From Halarcobacter sp. (GTDB lineage Bacteria; Campylobacterota; Campylobacteria; Campylobacterales; Arcobacteraceae): a DNA stretch of 64,000 nt. Position 1 is the stretch's first letter. Every line of letters starts with the position of its first letter. Below the pieces are notes generated by a model that worked only from the letters and a program-made list of their open reading frames with translations, had not been told where the DNA came from and made no database searches. Shown here one piece after another: positions 19,772 to 30,605 of this stretch. The stretch is from the NCBI GenBank assembly GCA_048571215.1, contig CP182352.1:1248001-1312000 (forward strand). The letters run 5' to 3'. A program made the translations under genes and the position numbers.

Positions 19772-20659
19772 TTGTATTTTTCTCTTGCATTAATTGCTTA
19801 TATTATAGACTATTTTTTTGCAGAATTTGAGAAAATAAAGTATCTAAAACATCCTATAATTTATATGGGAGATTTTATTAAATGGTTTGAAAACAGATTC
19901 TACTTGGATAATGTTTTTAGAGGGTTTATACTTACACTAAGTTTACTTTGTATAGTGTTTACTATTACTTTTGCTTTAACATATGTGGATAATATATTTT
20001 TTCAAGGTTTTCTTTGTTCTTTTGCTATTTCATCAAATATGCTTTATAAAAGTGTACAAAATGTAATACAATCAGATAATCCAAAATATGCAATCTCTAT
20101 GCTAGTAAGTCGTGATACAAAAGATATGAATGACAGCGATATAAATAAAGCTTGTATAGAAACTTATGCTGAAAATTTAAGTGATGGTGTTATCGCTCCA
20201 CTTTTTTATATACTTTGTTTTGGTCTTATTGGAGCTTTTATTTATAAAGCAATAAATACTTTAGATTCTATGGTTGGATATAGAAATAAAAGGTATGAAA
20301 AGTTTGGAAAATTTTCTGCAAAACTTGATGATGTAGCAAATTATATTCCAGCTAGAATAACAGCACTTTTAATTGCCCTACTTTTCTTTTCAAAAAAAGC
20401 TTTTTTACAGTTTCAAAAATATGGTAAAAAACATGAAAGTTTAAATGCCGGATTACCAATATCAGCTATGGCTCTAAGTTTAAATATAAAACTTGGGGGT
20501 CCAACTTCATATTTTGGGAAAATTAAAGATAAACCTTACTTTGGTGATGGAAAAGTGAATATTGAAAAAAGAGATGTAAAAAAAGCCTTAGATATAAAAC
20601 CAAGGCTCGATATATTTATTTTGTTAGTTTTATTTTTGTTTACTATTTTTTCTTATTAG
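19772..20659 (+). CDS. cbiB: Adenosylcobinamide-phosphate synthase
   Basis: HP, VSRDT, ENLSDGVIAPLFY, YKAINTLDSMVGY, DDVANYIPAR. Confidence 0.95.
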   Translation: MYFSLALIAYIIDYFFAEFEKIKYLKHPIIYMGDFIKWFENRFYLDNVFRGFILTLSLLCIVFTITFALTYVDNIFFQGFLCSFAISSNMLYKSVQNVIQSDNPKYAISMLVSRDTKDMNDSDINKACIETYAENLSDGVIAPLFYILCFGLIGAFIYKAINTLDSMVGYRNKRYEKFGKFSAKLDDVANYIPARITALLIALLFFSKKAFLQFQKYGKKHESLNAGLPISAMALSLNIKLGGPTSYFGKIKDKPYFGDGKVNIEKRDVKKALDIKPRLDIFILLVLFLFTIFSY

Positions 20660-21592
20660 TAAATAAACAAATACAGGAGCACCAATAAATGAGGTTACAA
20701 CCCCAATAGGCAAGGTTGAAGCAGTATTTAGATTTCTAGCTATTAAATCAGAAACTACAAGAAATACACCTCCATAAAAAAACACAGGAAAAATTAATTT
20801 CTCTGCACTTTTTTTATATATGATTCTCATTGTATGAGGGATAATAAGTCCTATAAAGCCAATAGGACCTACAAAACTAATACTGATACCAACAGCAATG
20901 GAAACAAAGATAAGCAGTGTTAGGTTGGTTTTATTGACATTTAGACCTTTTAAAAATGCCATATCATTTGAAATCAATAGTAATTTTATATTTTGTTTAT
21001 TTTTTAAAACTATAAATAAAAAGATAAGCGCAGTTATAAAAACAACTATAGGGGTATTAAACCCTACAATATCTAAACTTCCAAGGGTAAATCTTATAAT
21101 TGAATAATTCTCTTGTAAATTACTTAGATAAAAAACCAACATCAAAGCTGAAGAATAAAAAAATGACAAGGCGATACCTATAAGTAAAATAGAGTTTGTA
21201 GAGTTTAAAATTTGGTTTTTATTTATAATCCTTGAGATAAGGTATAAAATCATTATAGTAAAAAAAGAGCCTAAAATACCAGAGATATATAAAGCAACTG
21301 TGGGCAAAAAGACTATTGAAACAGCCGTAAAAAGTGTTGTACCGCTGGCAATTCCAAGAGTATAAGGGGTTATCAAAATATTTTTAAAAATAGTTTGAAA
21401 GATTAAGCCACTAAGACTTAAAATACCACCAACAAAAAATGCTAAAATTATTCTAGGAACCCTTAAATCCCAAAATATCATATGTGAGGTTGTAGAACTA
21501 TCAAAGATATCTGAAACTTCTATTGAGTTCTCTCCTATAAAAGGTGAAAGTACTATTATAGATAAAAATAAAAGATATAGTAAATACTTCAT
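20630..21592 (-). CDS. FecCD/BtuC-family ABC permease (probable corrinoid uptake)
   Basis: LRVPR, GPIGFIGLIIPH, LPIGVVTSFIGAP. Confidence 0.88.
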   Translation of the reverse strand: MKYLLYLLFLSIIVLSPFIGENSIEVSDIFDSSTTSHMIFWDLRVPRIILAFFVGGILSLSGLIFQTIFKNILITPYTLGIASGTTLFTAVSIVFLPTVALYISGILGSFFTIMILYLISRIINKNQILNSTNSILLIGIALSFFYSSALMLVFYLSNLQENYSIIRFTLGSLDIVGFNTPIVVFITALIFLFIVLKNKQNIKLLLISNDMAFLKGLNVNKTNLTLLIFVSIAVGISISFVGPIGFIGLIIPHTMRIIYKKSAEKLIFPVFFYGGVFLVVSDLIARNLNTASTLPIGVVTSFIGAPVFVYLLIRKNSKQK

Positions 21593-22287
21593 AGGTTTAC
21601 CACCAAGTGACCATTTATTATTTGTAATGAATTATTGTATCTTTTAGTCAGGTTTTCTTTTTCAAAAAACTCTTCACACTCTCCAAAAAACTCGATTTTT
21701 CCATCTTGTAGATATAAGATTTTATATTTTAGATGATATGCAAGATCAAGGTTGTGTGTTATGATGATTTTTTGTTGTAGAAGGTTTGATTTAAAAAGTT
21801 CATAAACCTCTTTTACCCTTGATATATCCATATTTGCAGTTAATTCATCAAAGATGCTTATCTTTGCATTGTGTATCATACTAGAAGCTAATAACAATAG
21901 TTGTTTTTCACCACTACTTAATTGGATACAGCTTCTATTTTTTAAATGTTTTATTTTTGTATGTTCTATAACTGCATCAATTTTTTTATAATCTATTGAT
22001 TCAATAAATGAAAGCTCTAAAAATTCATATACAGTAAGGTATTCATCAAAAACTTCTAGTTTTGGTGGAATATAGTTTATATATTTTACCCTTTGTTGAT
22101 TATTTAACTCTGAGATGTTTTGATTAAATAAAAAAACTTCTTTATTTGATAAAAGGTTTGATAAAACCTTTGCAAGTGTTGATTTACCAGCTCCATTTGA
22201 TCCTAAGATTATTAGGTTTTCATCCTCTTTTAAATGGAAGCTTATATTTTTTAAAATCAAATTAGAGTAATTAGTTATTTTTAACAT
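21589..22287 (-). CDS. ABC transporter ATPase (BtuD-like)
   Basis: GSNGAGKST, LSSGEKQ, IFDE, H-loop THNL. Confidence 0.88.
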   Translation of the reverse strand: MLKITNYSNLILKNISFHLKEDENLIILGSNGAGKSTLAKVLSNLLSNKEVFLFNQNISELNNQQRVKYINYIPPKLEVFDEYLTVYEFLELSFIESIDYKKIDAVIEHTKIKHLKNRSCIQLSSGEKQLLLLASSMIHNAKISIFDELTANMDISRVKEVYELFKSNLLQQKIIITHNLDLAYHLKYKILYLQDGKIEFFGECEEFFEKENLTKRYNNSLQIINGHLVVNL

Positions 22288-23101
22288 CTATTAGTATCTT
22301 TTTAAAATCGTTTATAAAGTTTACCACTCTATTGCTTGGAATTCCCGCATATTCTTTGTCTATGATATATATATCCTTGTTTTTACTTGCATTAATTGGC
22401 AGTTTATACCAGATATTTTTTAATTGTTCTTTTGAGATGTTTTCTTTGTTTATATATGGGGCTAATAAAACTATAACATCGGGATTCATATGTATAATTT
22501 TTTCTACATTTACAACAGGTTGTGCAAAATTATTTGCCATATATGCATTTGTATTACCTGAGGTTTTGATAATATCATTAAAATATAGGTTATTGCCTGC
22601 AATATAAATAGTTGAATTCAAATCAAGTTTGGGACTAATTACAACCATAAATTTTTTATTGTTTATTATATTTTTTAGTTGTTTTAAGGAATTGTCTATT
22701 TGATTTATTAATTCTGTTGCTTTTTTTTCTTTCTTTAGGATATCTCCAATTTTTTTAATAGTTGTTTTTATAGAGTTTAGATTATCTGTTTTAAAACTGT
22801 AAAATTTTAGATTTAGTTTTTTTAAATTTTTTAGTATCTCTTCATCATAGTTTTGAGCTAAAACAATTGTTGGTTTGGCTAGAAGTATCTTTTCTAAAGA
22901 GATTGTAGAATATCCCCCTACTTTAGGTATAGTTTTTGATTCTTCAGGAAAATTACTATACATGGTATTTGCAACAATCTCTTTACCACTTCCCAAGGCA
23001 AAAACTATCTCATTTAATGAAGGGGAAAGAGTTACTATTCTTTCCCCTGCATAAAGGTTAAAACTAAAAAAAGATATAAGTATTACTAAAATTTTTTTCA
23101 T
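22271..23101 (-). CDS. Periplasmic helical-backbone binding protein (BtuF-like)
   Basis: Signal peptide; RIVTLSPS.NEI.FALG, EKI....P. Confidence 0.85.
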   Translation of the reverse strand: MKKILVILISFFSFNLYAGERIVTLSPSLNEIVFALGSGKEIVANTMYSNFPEESKTIPKVGGYSTISLEKILLAKPTIVLAQNYDEEILKNLKKLNLKFYSFKTDNLNSIKTTIKKIGDILKKEKKATELINQIDNSLKQLKNIINNKKFMVVISPKLDLNSTIYIAGNNLYFNDIIKTSGNTNAYMANNFAQPVVNVEKIIHMNPDVIVLLAPYINKENISKEQLKNIWYKLPINASKNKDIYIIDKEYAGIPSNRVVNFINDFKKILIDVKNN

Positions 23102-25002
23102 TAGAATTTAATCTTTACTCCCGCGTAATATGTTCTTTCGAAGTTTACTGGATATATTGCATCATCTTTTATCCAAAGTCCATTTGTTTCATCAAATATA
23201 TTTTGAATTTTTGCAAAAAGTTCTATATTCTTATAGTTATAAGTTAAACTTAAATCTGTAGAGTTATAAGCTTCTTGTTTTTGTGTAAAGTTATTTGCAA
23301 AATCATTCTCTGCATAAGCACTACTTCTATAAGTGTGTGATAACAATGCCTCTAGTTTTTTATAAGTATATCCAAGATTCACTGTAAGATTATGTTTTGA
23401 TACCCCTGGTAAATCTTTGCCGTTATATGTTCCATTACCATCATCTTCATTATCTATCTTAGAGATGATATATGAATAGTTTAATGAAGTGTATAGATTG
23501 TCATTTAAAAGATATTTATCGTATAGTTCAATACCATATTTATGAGATTTATCAATATTTGTATTATATGAAGTTAAGTAATCGCCTGTATTATAATAAT
23601 AAATCTCATTTTTTAAATTACTTCTAAAAAGAGTTACTTTTAATTTGTTAGATTTTTGAATATTTGTATATCCAATATTATAATTATCTACTTTTGCAGG
23701 TTTTATAAAACCATTAAATGAACCATATGTAAAAAATCTATCGATATCTGGTGCTTGAAAAGATTTGTTATAGTTTGCAAAAATAGAGTTTGATTCATCA
23801 AATCTGTAGTTTAAACCTATATCGTAAGCATTTAAAGATAATTCATCATCTAGTCCTGTCCCACTTGTAGGAGCATATTTATATTCTACTTTCTCTTTTC
23901 TAGCACCTGCTGATAAAGTAGTTTTATTATTTAGATAGTATTCTATTGAAGTGAAAATAGCTTTGTTGTCTTTTGATGTTGTATCATATGAACCAAGTCT
24001 ATCTCCTATAAAAGAATCAACTCCAATTACCGCACTGTAATTATCTTTTTTAATATTTAATTTTGAGTTTATTGAACGATATTCATAATCTGATTGATAT
24101 CCTGACGAGTATCTACTTAATTTATCTTCATCAGAAAAATTAAAATTAAAGGAGTAGTTTTTGTTTATATTATATGTAAATCCAGCATCAGTTACATATG
24201 AATTAAAATATTGCTCCGTAAAAGATGAAGCTTGTGTTGGATTTTGATTGTATTGATCAAGTGTTAAAGAACCACCATATTTTATATTCATATTAGAATA
24301 ACTTCTTGCTGCTCTAATTTCTAGATTATTTGTTGGAAAGTATGTTATATCAAATTTCTTATTTCTATTATAATTGTTGTTTTTTTCTGTGTTATTTAGT
24401 TGTCTATCTCCATCACTTGATGTATAATCAATATAACCATTTATGATGAAGTTTTCATAGTTATAACCTAAACTAAGAGTTGTATTTTTTGTTCCATTAT
24501 TTCCAAAATATGTTTTTATGTAGTTGTCATTTTTTCCATTTGTTGTGATATTTATTGCACCTGCATTCGCACCATCACCATATTGTACAGAACCACTACC
24601 TTTAAGTATCTCTATTTTTTCAATAGAATCGATTGGAATTGCTGATAATAATTGTGTTTGCATATCAATATTATTTAGTTTTCTTCCATTTACTGTTATT
24701 ACTACATTTTGATATCCATCTCCAAGACCATAACCTCTTAAATCTATTTTTTGAGAAAAAGTATTACCATATGAAGGAGCAATATTTAAAGACGTTTGCG
24801 AATTTAGAAAGTCATATAAGTCTTTTGATTTAGCACTTTGTATCTCTTTTTTGGTATAAATCTCTGTTGCGTATGTTGTATTTTTTTCATCAGTTTTGAT
24901 TAAAGATGAAGTAATTGTTACAGATGATAGTTCATAAGAGTATAGATTTGTTGCTAAAAGAAGTGAAGCAACTACACTTGGGTATATTGTTTTATTTTCC
25001 AT
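23101..25002 (-). CDS. TonB-dependent receptor (probable corrinoid receptor, BtuB-like by context)
   Basis: Plug motif IEKIEILKGSGSVQYG...GAINITT; C-terminal Phe; heads the ABC operon next to cob genes. Confidence 0.85.
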   Translation of the reverse strand: MENKTIYPSVVASLLLATNLYSYELSSVTITSSLIKTDEKNTTYATEIYTKKEIQSAKSKDLYDFLNSQTSLNIAPSYGNTFSQKIDLRGYGLGDGYQNVVITVNGRKLNNIDMQTQLLSAIPIDSIEKIEILKGSGSVQYGDGANAGAINITTNGKNDNYIKTYFGNNGTKNTTLSLGYNYENFIINGYIDYTSSDGDRQLNNTEKNNNYNRNKKFDITYFPTNNLEIRAARSYSNMNIKYGGSLTLDQYNQNPTQASSFTEQYFNSYVTDAGFTYNINKNYSFNFNFSDEDKLSRYSSGYQSDYEYRSINSKLNIKKDNYSAVIGVDSFIGDRLGSYDTTSKDNKAIFTSIEYYLNNKTTLSAGARKEKVEYKYAPTSGTGLDDELSLNAYDIGLNYRFDESNSIFANYNKSFQAPDIDRFFTYGSFNGFIKPAKVDNYNIGYTNIQKSNKLKVTLFRSNLKNEIYYYNTGDYLTSYNTNIDKSHKYGIELYDKYLLNDNLYTSLNYSYIISKIDNEDDGNGTYNGKDLPGVSKHNLTVNLGYTYKKLEALLSHTYRSSAYAENDFANNFTQKQEAYNSTDLSLTYNYKNIELFAKIQNIFDETNGLWIKDDAIYPVNFERTYYAGVKIKF

Positions 25003-25018
25003 TTATTAATTTCCTTGT

Positions 25019-25204
25019 TTATATATTATTTGTTGAATAAAGCTTGATTGGTTTTAATTGTCTTGCATGAAGTGTTTTCATGATTTTTGGCAATAACTGA
25101 CTAATAATAGATAATATACTATTATTTATGGAGTTGATTTTTCTATTTACTGTTGCTATTAAAACACCAAAAAATGAGAAGTAGTTTTTTCTACATTTGA
25201 TCAT
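25019..25204 (-). CDS. Small basic ORF upstream of the TonB receptor
   Basis: 61 aa; perfect SD AAGGAGGT and TATAAT (25236-25241) upstream. Confidence 0.6.
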   Translation of the reverse strand: MIKCRKNYFSFFGVLIATVNRKINSINNSILSIISQLLPKIMKTLHARQLKPIKLYSTNNI

Positions 25205-25274
25205 AACTGTTTACCTCCTTTACAAAATTTTTTGTATTATAGTAAAAAAGGTATAAATTTATAGAAAGTAGATT

Positions 25275-25985
25275 TTAATTATGTGAGTTAATGCTTGTTT
25301 TATTTGGGTTTGTTAAATGCTTATAACCCGTATATGATGTATAGATTCCAAATATTATAACTAATATTGAAGCTATTGTTACAAACAAATTTCTAAGGGC
25401 AATTTGTTTAAATATTCCAATAAAAAAACCTAATGAAAACAATGCAGGTAGAGTACTAAGTCCAAAAATAAGCATTACAAAAGCTCCCCAAAGTGGATTA
25501 CCTGTACTAGCTGCTGTTATTGCAAAAACATATACAAAACCACATGGTAAAAGACCATTTAACATTCCTAGAAGATAAAAGCTTGTAAGGGTATCTGAAC
25601 CAATTAATGACCTAAATGTCTTTTGATAAATTTTAGATTTTGATACAGAGTGTTCAATAGTTGTCAAAAATTTTAATTTTCCACTTAATGATAGTCCAAC
25701 TAGAATCATTAGTATTCCAGTGATTAAAAGTAAAACTCCATTAGCAGTATTATTAAAAGTTACTACACTTCCCGCAAAACCAAAAATAAATCCTAGAATT
25801 ACATAGGTTGTGATTCTTCCTATAGAATAAAGTATATGGGAAATAGATTGTTTAGATTTAGACCAAGTGGTGTTTATTTTAGTACTTGAATAAGCAACAA
25901 CTATACCTCCACACATCCCTATACAGTGACCAAATGAACCTAAAAAAGCTATTGTTATAATTGTGAGAATACTTATGTTTTCCAT
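25275..25985 (-). CDS. Sulfite exporter TauE/SafE / DsbD_2-family membrane protein
   Basis: GSFGHCIGMCGG, GRITTY, GLLPCGFVY. Confidence 0.85.
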   Translation of the reverse strand: MENISILTIITIAFLGSFGHCIGMCGGIVVAYSSTKINTTWSKSKQSISHILYSIGRITTYVILGFIFGFAGSVVTFNNTANGVLLLITGILMILVGLSLSGKLKFLTTIEHSVSKSKIYQKTFRSLIGSDTLTSFYLLGMLNGLLPCGFVYVFAITAASTGNPLWGAFVMLIFGLSTLPALFSLGFFIGIFKQIALRNLFVTIASILVIIFGIYTSYTGYKHLTNPNKTSINSHN

Positions 25986-26083
25986 TATTTACCTAATATT
26001 TATTTGCAATATTAATTTGTTAAGTAGTTTTAACAATAAAATCTAGTAATCATATATGAATTAACTTGATATTCTTATAAAAT

Positions 26084-26112
26084 AAAAAAGCTCCACTTAA
26101 ATAAGTGAAGCT
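26084..26112 (-). terminator. Rho-independent terminator closing the ect-ask operon
   Basis: Minus-strand AGCTTCACTTA-TT-TAAGTGGAGCT followed by a T run. Confidence 0.75.
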
Positions 26113-26207
26113 ATATTAATAATATATAAATTTTAAAATTGAAAATTAAAGAATTTAGTAGTAGGAGTTTTTAATTTTCTTTGTAGGGAAAGTATATGTA
26201 TAAAATG

Positions 26208-26426
26208 TTAATTATCTGTTAAGTTTAAATTATTTGGTAAAATTATAGTGAAATTTGCACCTTGATATTTATTTTCTTCGTAATTAAACTCTTTGTTATT
26301 AACATTAATTTTACCATTCATATGTCTTTCAATTATTACTTTTGTCATATAAAGTCCTATACCCGTACCTTTTTTACCTTTTGTTATAAAATAAGGTTCA
26401 AAAATTTTATCTTTAATTTTTTCATT
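26208..26426 (-). pseudogene. C-terminal HATPase_c remnant of a sensor histidine kinase
   Basis: Manual translation: [42 protein letters not shown]...GANFTIILP...*. F and G2 boxes present; in-frame stop just upstream, no N-terminal part. Confidence 0.85.
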
Positions 26427-27796
26427 TAATGCTTAACTAATAGTTCTTTATATAATGTTTTTAGTGCAATATCTGCAATATTTTGTGTTACACCTATATG
26501 AAAAGAGATTTTTGATGGACTTATATCAAACATTTCAAAAAAGATATTATTCTCTTTTAGTGCATTTATTGCATCAGCTATAGCAAAAGTATTTTCTTTT
26601 AATCCAATACCAACTAAAGTGATAACAGATAGATTATATGTTACATTAATATTATCTGTATTAAGCCTTTTCTCAATTTGTCTTCTAAGATTGTTTATAT
26701 TACCTTTTAAGTCTTCTTGATCTACTAAAATAGCTATATCATCTTTATCTGTTGGATAATGATAAGTATTTATACCAACCTCACTAAATATTTTTAAAAG
26801 TTCTGCTGTAAAACCTATCTCATCAGCTAACATATCTTTTTGTAAATGAATTGATGCCATATTATCAAGTTTTGCTATTCCTACTAAATCTTCCATAGGA
26901 ACTCTTTCACTTAGAATAATAGTACCATCATGTCCTGGATTATTTGTATTTTTGATATTAATAGGTATTTTCCCTTTTTTACAATTTAACATAGCATTAA
27001 AGTGAAATACATTAAAACCTTTTGAACTTAAAAGTCTTAACTCTTTAAAGGTTAGTCTAGGAATTACATTTGCATCAGATATCACTCTTGGATCTACTTC
27101 ATATACCCCATTTGTATCTGTCCAATTTTCATATACGTCTGCATCAAGAGCATAAGCTAATTCACCACCTGTCAGGTCTGAACCACCCCTACTCATAACA
27201 GCAATATCTTTATTTTTTGTTACTCCATAAAATCCTGGTACCAAATATATCTCATCTTTTTCAAAGGTTAAATTGTTTTTTATATTTTTGTAGGTTTCAT
27301 ATTTTACTTTTCCATCACAATAATCTTCACTTAAAGTAAATCCAAAGTCCTCAGGTAACATAAGTTTTATATTCAAACCTTGTGATTTAAAATATTCTGT
27401 TATTAGTTTTGCATTATAGTGTTCACCTCTTGAAAGAAAATATGCCTCTTTCTTCTCATCTACTGTAAATGTTTTTTCTAAATCTTTTTTTAGAGAATCT
27501 ACAATATCTTTTTTATTTATATTTAATTCATCACATAATTTTTCATATTTTTTAATAATTACTTCAAATGAATTTTCAGGTTCTATATCTATTTTTTGTT
27601 CTAAAAAATGTTTTCCCTTTGTAGCTAAGTTTAATAGATGATCTGTAATCTTTTCATTATACTTTTCATCTCTACCTGGTGCAGATACTACAATAACTCT
27701 TCTATCTTTATCTGCTTTAACAATATTTAATACTTTTGTTATTTGAAGGGGATCTTTTACTGAACTTCCCCCAAATTTACATACTTTTATTCCCAT
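26426..27796 (-). CDS. ask: Aspartate kinase (ectoine-cluster Ask)
   Basis: [27 protein letters not shown]...DPR; C-terminal ACT domains. Confidence 0.93.
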   Translation of the reverse strand: MGIKVCKFGGSSVKDPLQITKVLNIVKADKDRRVIVVSAPGRDEKYNEKITDHLLNLATKGKHFLEQKIDIEPENSFEVIIKKYEKLCDELNINKKDIVDSLKKDLEKTFTVDEKKEAYFLSRGEHYNAKLITEYFKSQGLNIKLMLPEDFGFTLSEDYCDGKVKYETYKNIKNNLTFEKDEIYLVPGFYGVTKNKDIAVMSRGGSDLTGGELAYALDADVYENWTDTNGVYEVDPRVISDANVIPRLTFKELRLLSSKGFNVFHFNAMLNCKKGKIPINIKNTNNPGHDGTIILSERVPMEDLVGIAKLDNMASIHLQKDMLADEIGFTAELLKIFSEVGINTYHYPTDKDDIAILVDQEDLKGNINNLRRQIEKRLNTDNINVTYNLSVITLVGIGLKENTFAIADAINALKENNIFFEMFDISPSKISFHIGVTQNIADIALKTLYKELLVKH

Positions 27797-27975
27797 GTTT
27801 TATTTACCCTATTTTTTATTTATTGCTGTGAAGTTTTCTAAACACAAAAACTCTTCTGTATTTTAGATATGCCAAAAGATTCTACAGGTTTATTTTCTAC
27901 TGATTTAAATACAAAAAATGCGTTTATTCTTTGACTGATACAAGCCATTCCTGTTTGCTCCTTCATTTTTTGTAT

Positions 27976-28620
27976 TTAATTTGGTATAACCTTGTATCCC
28001 CTATGTCTTACTGTTTCTATAAAGTTTTCATTAAACTCTTTTTTTAGATTGTTTCTTATATTATTTATATTTACTTCAATAACATTATCTGATACCATCT
28101 CTGGTTCCTCCCATATTGCATGTAAAAGTTCATCTTTTGAGATTGGAGGACGGTGCTTGTTTTTAATCAAATAACTTAAAATAGCAAATGATTTACCTTT
28201 TAAATATACTTTTGATTGATCATCATTAAATGATTTTTCTTCAGTATTAATACTATATCTATCTTTAAAGGGTATCTCTTTTTTAAAATTTTCTCTATGT
28301 GTAGATTCTATTTTTGCTAATATAAATTCATTGCTTACAGGCTCTTTTAGAATACTAAGAGCGCCAAGTTTGAGTAGTTCTAACTCAAACTCTTTACTGC
28401 TATTGTCTGTTATAATTATTACAGCAGTAACTTGGCTGTTTACCCCTTTTAGTATATCTTTACATGCAAAGAAGTTGTTCTCTTTTATAAGAATCAGATT
28501 ATAGTATCTAACTTCACTATGATAAGCTGCATCTTCTAAATCTTCTGCAATATCAGTTATATAGATATCTTCCATATAAGTAGTTAAGTTTTCATCTATA
28601 TTATAAGAAAGTAATCTCAT
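27976..28620 (-). CDS. Atypical OmpR-family response regulator, HsrA(HP1043)/CosR-like paralog
   Basis: KGKSF.IL..L...SKDELLHAIWEEPEMVSDNVIEVNINNIR...ETVRHRGY; receiver lacks the acidic pocket (YNLILIKE). Confidence 0.8.
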   Translation of the reverse strand: MRLLSYNIDENLTTYMEDIYITDIAEDLEDAAYHSEVRYYNLILIKENNFFACKDILKGVNSQVTAVIIITDNSSKEFELELLKLGALSILKEPVSNEFILAKIESTHRENFKKEIPFKDRYSINTEEKSFNDDQSKVYLKGKSFAILSYLIKNKHRPPISKDELLHAIWEEPEMVSDNVIEVNINNIRNNLKKEFNENFIETVRHRGYKVIPN

Positions 28621-28621
28621 T

Positions 28622-28924
28622 TTATATAGCTACCTTGTTTATTATTTTTTCCTCATTTAAGATGATTAATTCATTTTCTTCAAAAATAAGTTTATCAACA
28701 TATATTGTTTCAATATCTTTATCATCTTCAAAAAACTTATCAATTGCAGTTTTAGCAGTTTCGAAACAGGAGTCTGAACTAAACTCAAGTATTAATGAGT
28801 TATCGTTTAATATAATCTTTTGATTAGTGACTTTAAACTTATCAAATGAGTATATATATTTGATAAATTGATACTTCTTTGCTCTACTGACATTTAGATA
28901 GTTTTTGATATAAATAAATTTCAT
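28622..28924 (-). CDS. Hypothetical protein in the ect operon
   Basis: 100 aa; tightly packed between ectC and the RR (2- and 1-nt gaps). Confidence 0.7.
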   Translation of the reverse strand: MKFIYIKNYLNVSRAKKYQFIKYIYSFDKFKVTNQKIILNDNSLILEFSSDSCFETAKTAIDKFFEDDKDIETIYVDKLIFEENELIILNEEKIINKVAI

Positions 28925-28926
28925 TT

Positions 28927-29322
28927 TTAGTCCTCTAAAGGATATACTCCATTTTCATCATGGTTCTCAGTACCTTTAATTGGTGGGTTAAATACACAAA
29001 TCATTCTCATATCTTCTGTACCACCATATAAGTTATGATCATCATGTTCATTCAGTGCATACATAATTCCATCATGAAGCTCATGAACCTCACCAGTTTT
29101 TAGGTCTTCTATCTTACCATTACCACCTACGCAGTAAACTGCTTCTAAATGGTTTTGATAATGTATATGTGTTTTAGTATTAGCTCTAATAATAGTTTCA
29201 TGGAATGAAAAACCCATTCCGTCACCTTTTAAAAGCATTCTTCTACTAACCCATTGACCATCTTCTGCATGTACTTCTTTTTCTGTTCCTATAATATCTT
29301 TATTAATATCTACTACTATCAT
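28927..29322 (-). CDS. ectC: Ectoine synthase
   Basis: WVSRRMLLKGDGMGFSFHET, HYQNHLEAVYC, CVFNPP. Confidence 0.96.
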   Translation of the reverse strand: MIVVDINKDIIGTEKEVHAEDGQWVSRRMLLKGDGMGFSFHETIIRANTKTHIHYQNHLEAVYCVGGNGKIEDLKTGEVHELHDGIMYALNEHDDHNLYGGTEDMRMICVFNPPIKGTENHDENGVYPLED

Positions 29323-29324
29323 AA

Positions 29325-30605
29325 TTAAAATTCTCCTGTTAATTTTTCTTTTTTGTCTGCCACTAATTTTGCAATTGCTGAATCAAGTCTATTTAGTCCC
29401 TCTTTTAAGGTTTCTTCATCAATAATCAATGGAGGTAAAAATTTTACAATTTGATCTTCACTACCACAAGTTTCTACTATTAGTTTTTCTTCAAAAGCAT
29501 AACTTGATATTTCACCAGCAACAGAGTTGTCACCTTTGATTTCAAATCCATATGCCATTCCTCTACCACGAACTTCAACATCAAAAGTATCTTTATATTT
29601 ATCAGCAATTTTTTCTAAAGTCTCTTTTAAAATTTTCTCTTTATATTTAACAGCATTTGATAAATCATCATTTTGCCAATATTGTTCAATAGCAACTTTT
29701 GCAGCAACAAATGCTAAGTTATTTCCTCTAAATGTACCTGTATGTTCACCTGGTTTCCATTGGTCTAAGTCTGGTTTTAATAATACAATTGCCATTGGTA
29801 ATCCACCACCAATAGATTTTGAAATAGTTACAATATCAGGATTGATTCCAGCAAATTCAAATGAAAAGAATTCACCAGTTCTTCCATTACCAACTTGAAT
29901 ATCATCAATAATTAATAAAATATCATATTCTCTACAAATTGATTCAAGCTCTTGTAACCACTCTTTACTAGCTACATTAATCCCACCTTCACCTTGTATA
30001 GTCTCAACTATAACAGCGGCAGGAACATCAAGTCCACTACTACTATCTTCTAAAAATTTTCTAAAAATAGTCATTGTATTCATATCACCAAAATATCCAT
30101 CAAATGGCATAAATGATACATTTGATCTACTAATATAACTCTCATCTCTATAATCATTATTACCAGTAACTGATGATGAACCTTGAGTTAAACCATGAAA
30201 ACCGTTTGTAAAAGAAACAACATTACTTCGTCCTTTTACTAATCTTGCTAGTTTAAGTGCAGTCTCTACTGCATTTGTTCCTGTAGGTCCAGTAAATTGT
30301 ATTTTGTAATCTAAATTTCTAGGTACTAATATTGTGTCATTAAATGTTTGTAAAAACTCTTTTTTTGCACTTGTAGCCATATCAAGTCCATGAACAACAC
30401 CATTTTTTTGAATATATTCAATCAATGCTTTACTAATATGTTCATTATTATGTCCATAATTTAATGTTCCTGCACCTGCAAAAAAGTCAACATAATCTTC
30501 CCCTTGCTCATTTGTTAAAATAGCACCCTTTGAGGTTTCAAATATAGTTGGGAAACTTCTAATGTAACCTCTAACTTCTGACTCTAGATTTTCAAATATT
30601 CTCAT
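29325..30605 (-). CDS. ectB: Diaminobutyrate-2-oxoglutarate transaminase
   Basis: ESEVRGY.RSFP, DFFAGAGTLNYGHN, PGEHTGTFRGNN. Confidence 0.96.
   Translation of the reverse strand: MRIFENLESEVRGYIRSFPTIFETSKGAILTNEQGEDYVDFFAGAGTLNYGHNNEHISKALIEYIQKNGVVHGLDMATSAKKEFLQTFNDTILVPRNLDYKIQFTGPTGTNAVETALKLARLVKGRSNVVSFTNGFHGLTQGSSSVTGNNDYRDESYISRSNVSFMPFDGYFGDMNTMTIFRKFLEDSSSGLDVPAAVIVETIQGEGGINVASKEWLQELESICREYDILLIIDDIQVGNGRTGEFFSFEFAGINPDIVTISKSIGGGLPMAIVLLKPDLDQWKPGEHTGTFRGNNLAFVAAKVAIEQYWQNDDLSNAVKYKEKILKETLEKIADKYKDTFDVEVRGRGMAYGFEIKGDNSVAGEISSYAFEEKLIVETCGSEDQIVKFLPPLIIDEETLKEGLNRLDSAIAKLVADKKEKLTGEF

Noticed and set aside
25003..25275. Cobalamin riboswitch upstream of the BtuB-like receptor
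   Set aside because: Conserved riboswitch motifs are not visible and the region is too AT-rich.
26017..26035. TTGTTAAGT upstream of the TauE/DsbD_2 gene as a third RR box
   Set aside because: Single imperfect copy without the 11-bp tandem; expected by chance at this AT content.
27797..27975. Possible lysine riboswitch or leader peptide (MKEQTGMACISVKE) before ask
   Set aside because: No recognisable L-box core or attenuator hairpin, and the mini-ORF is not enriched in Lys/Thr codons. An Rfam search would be needed.
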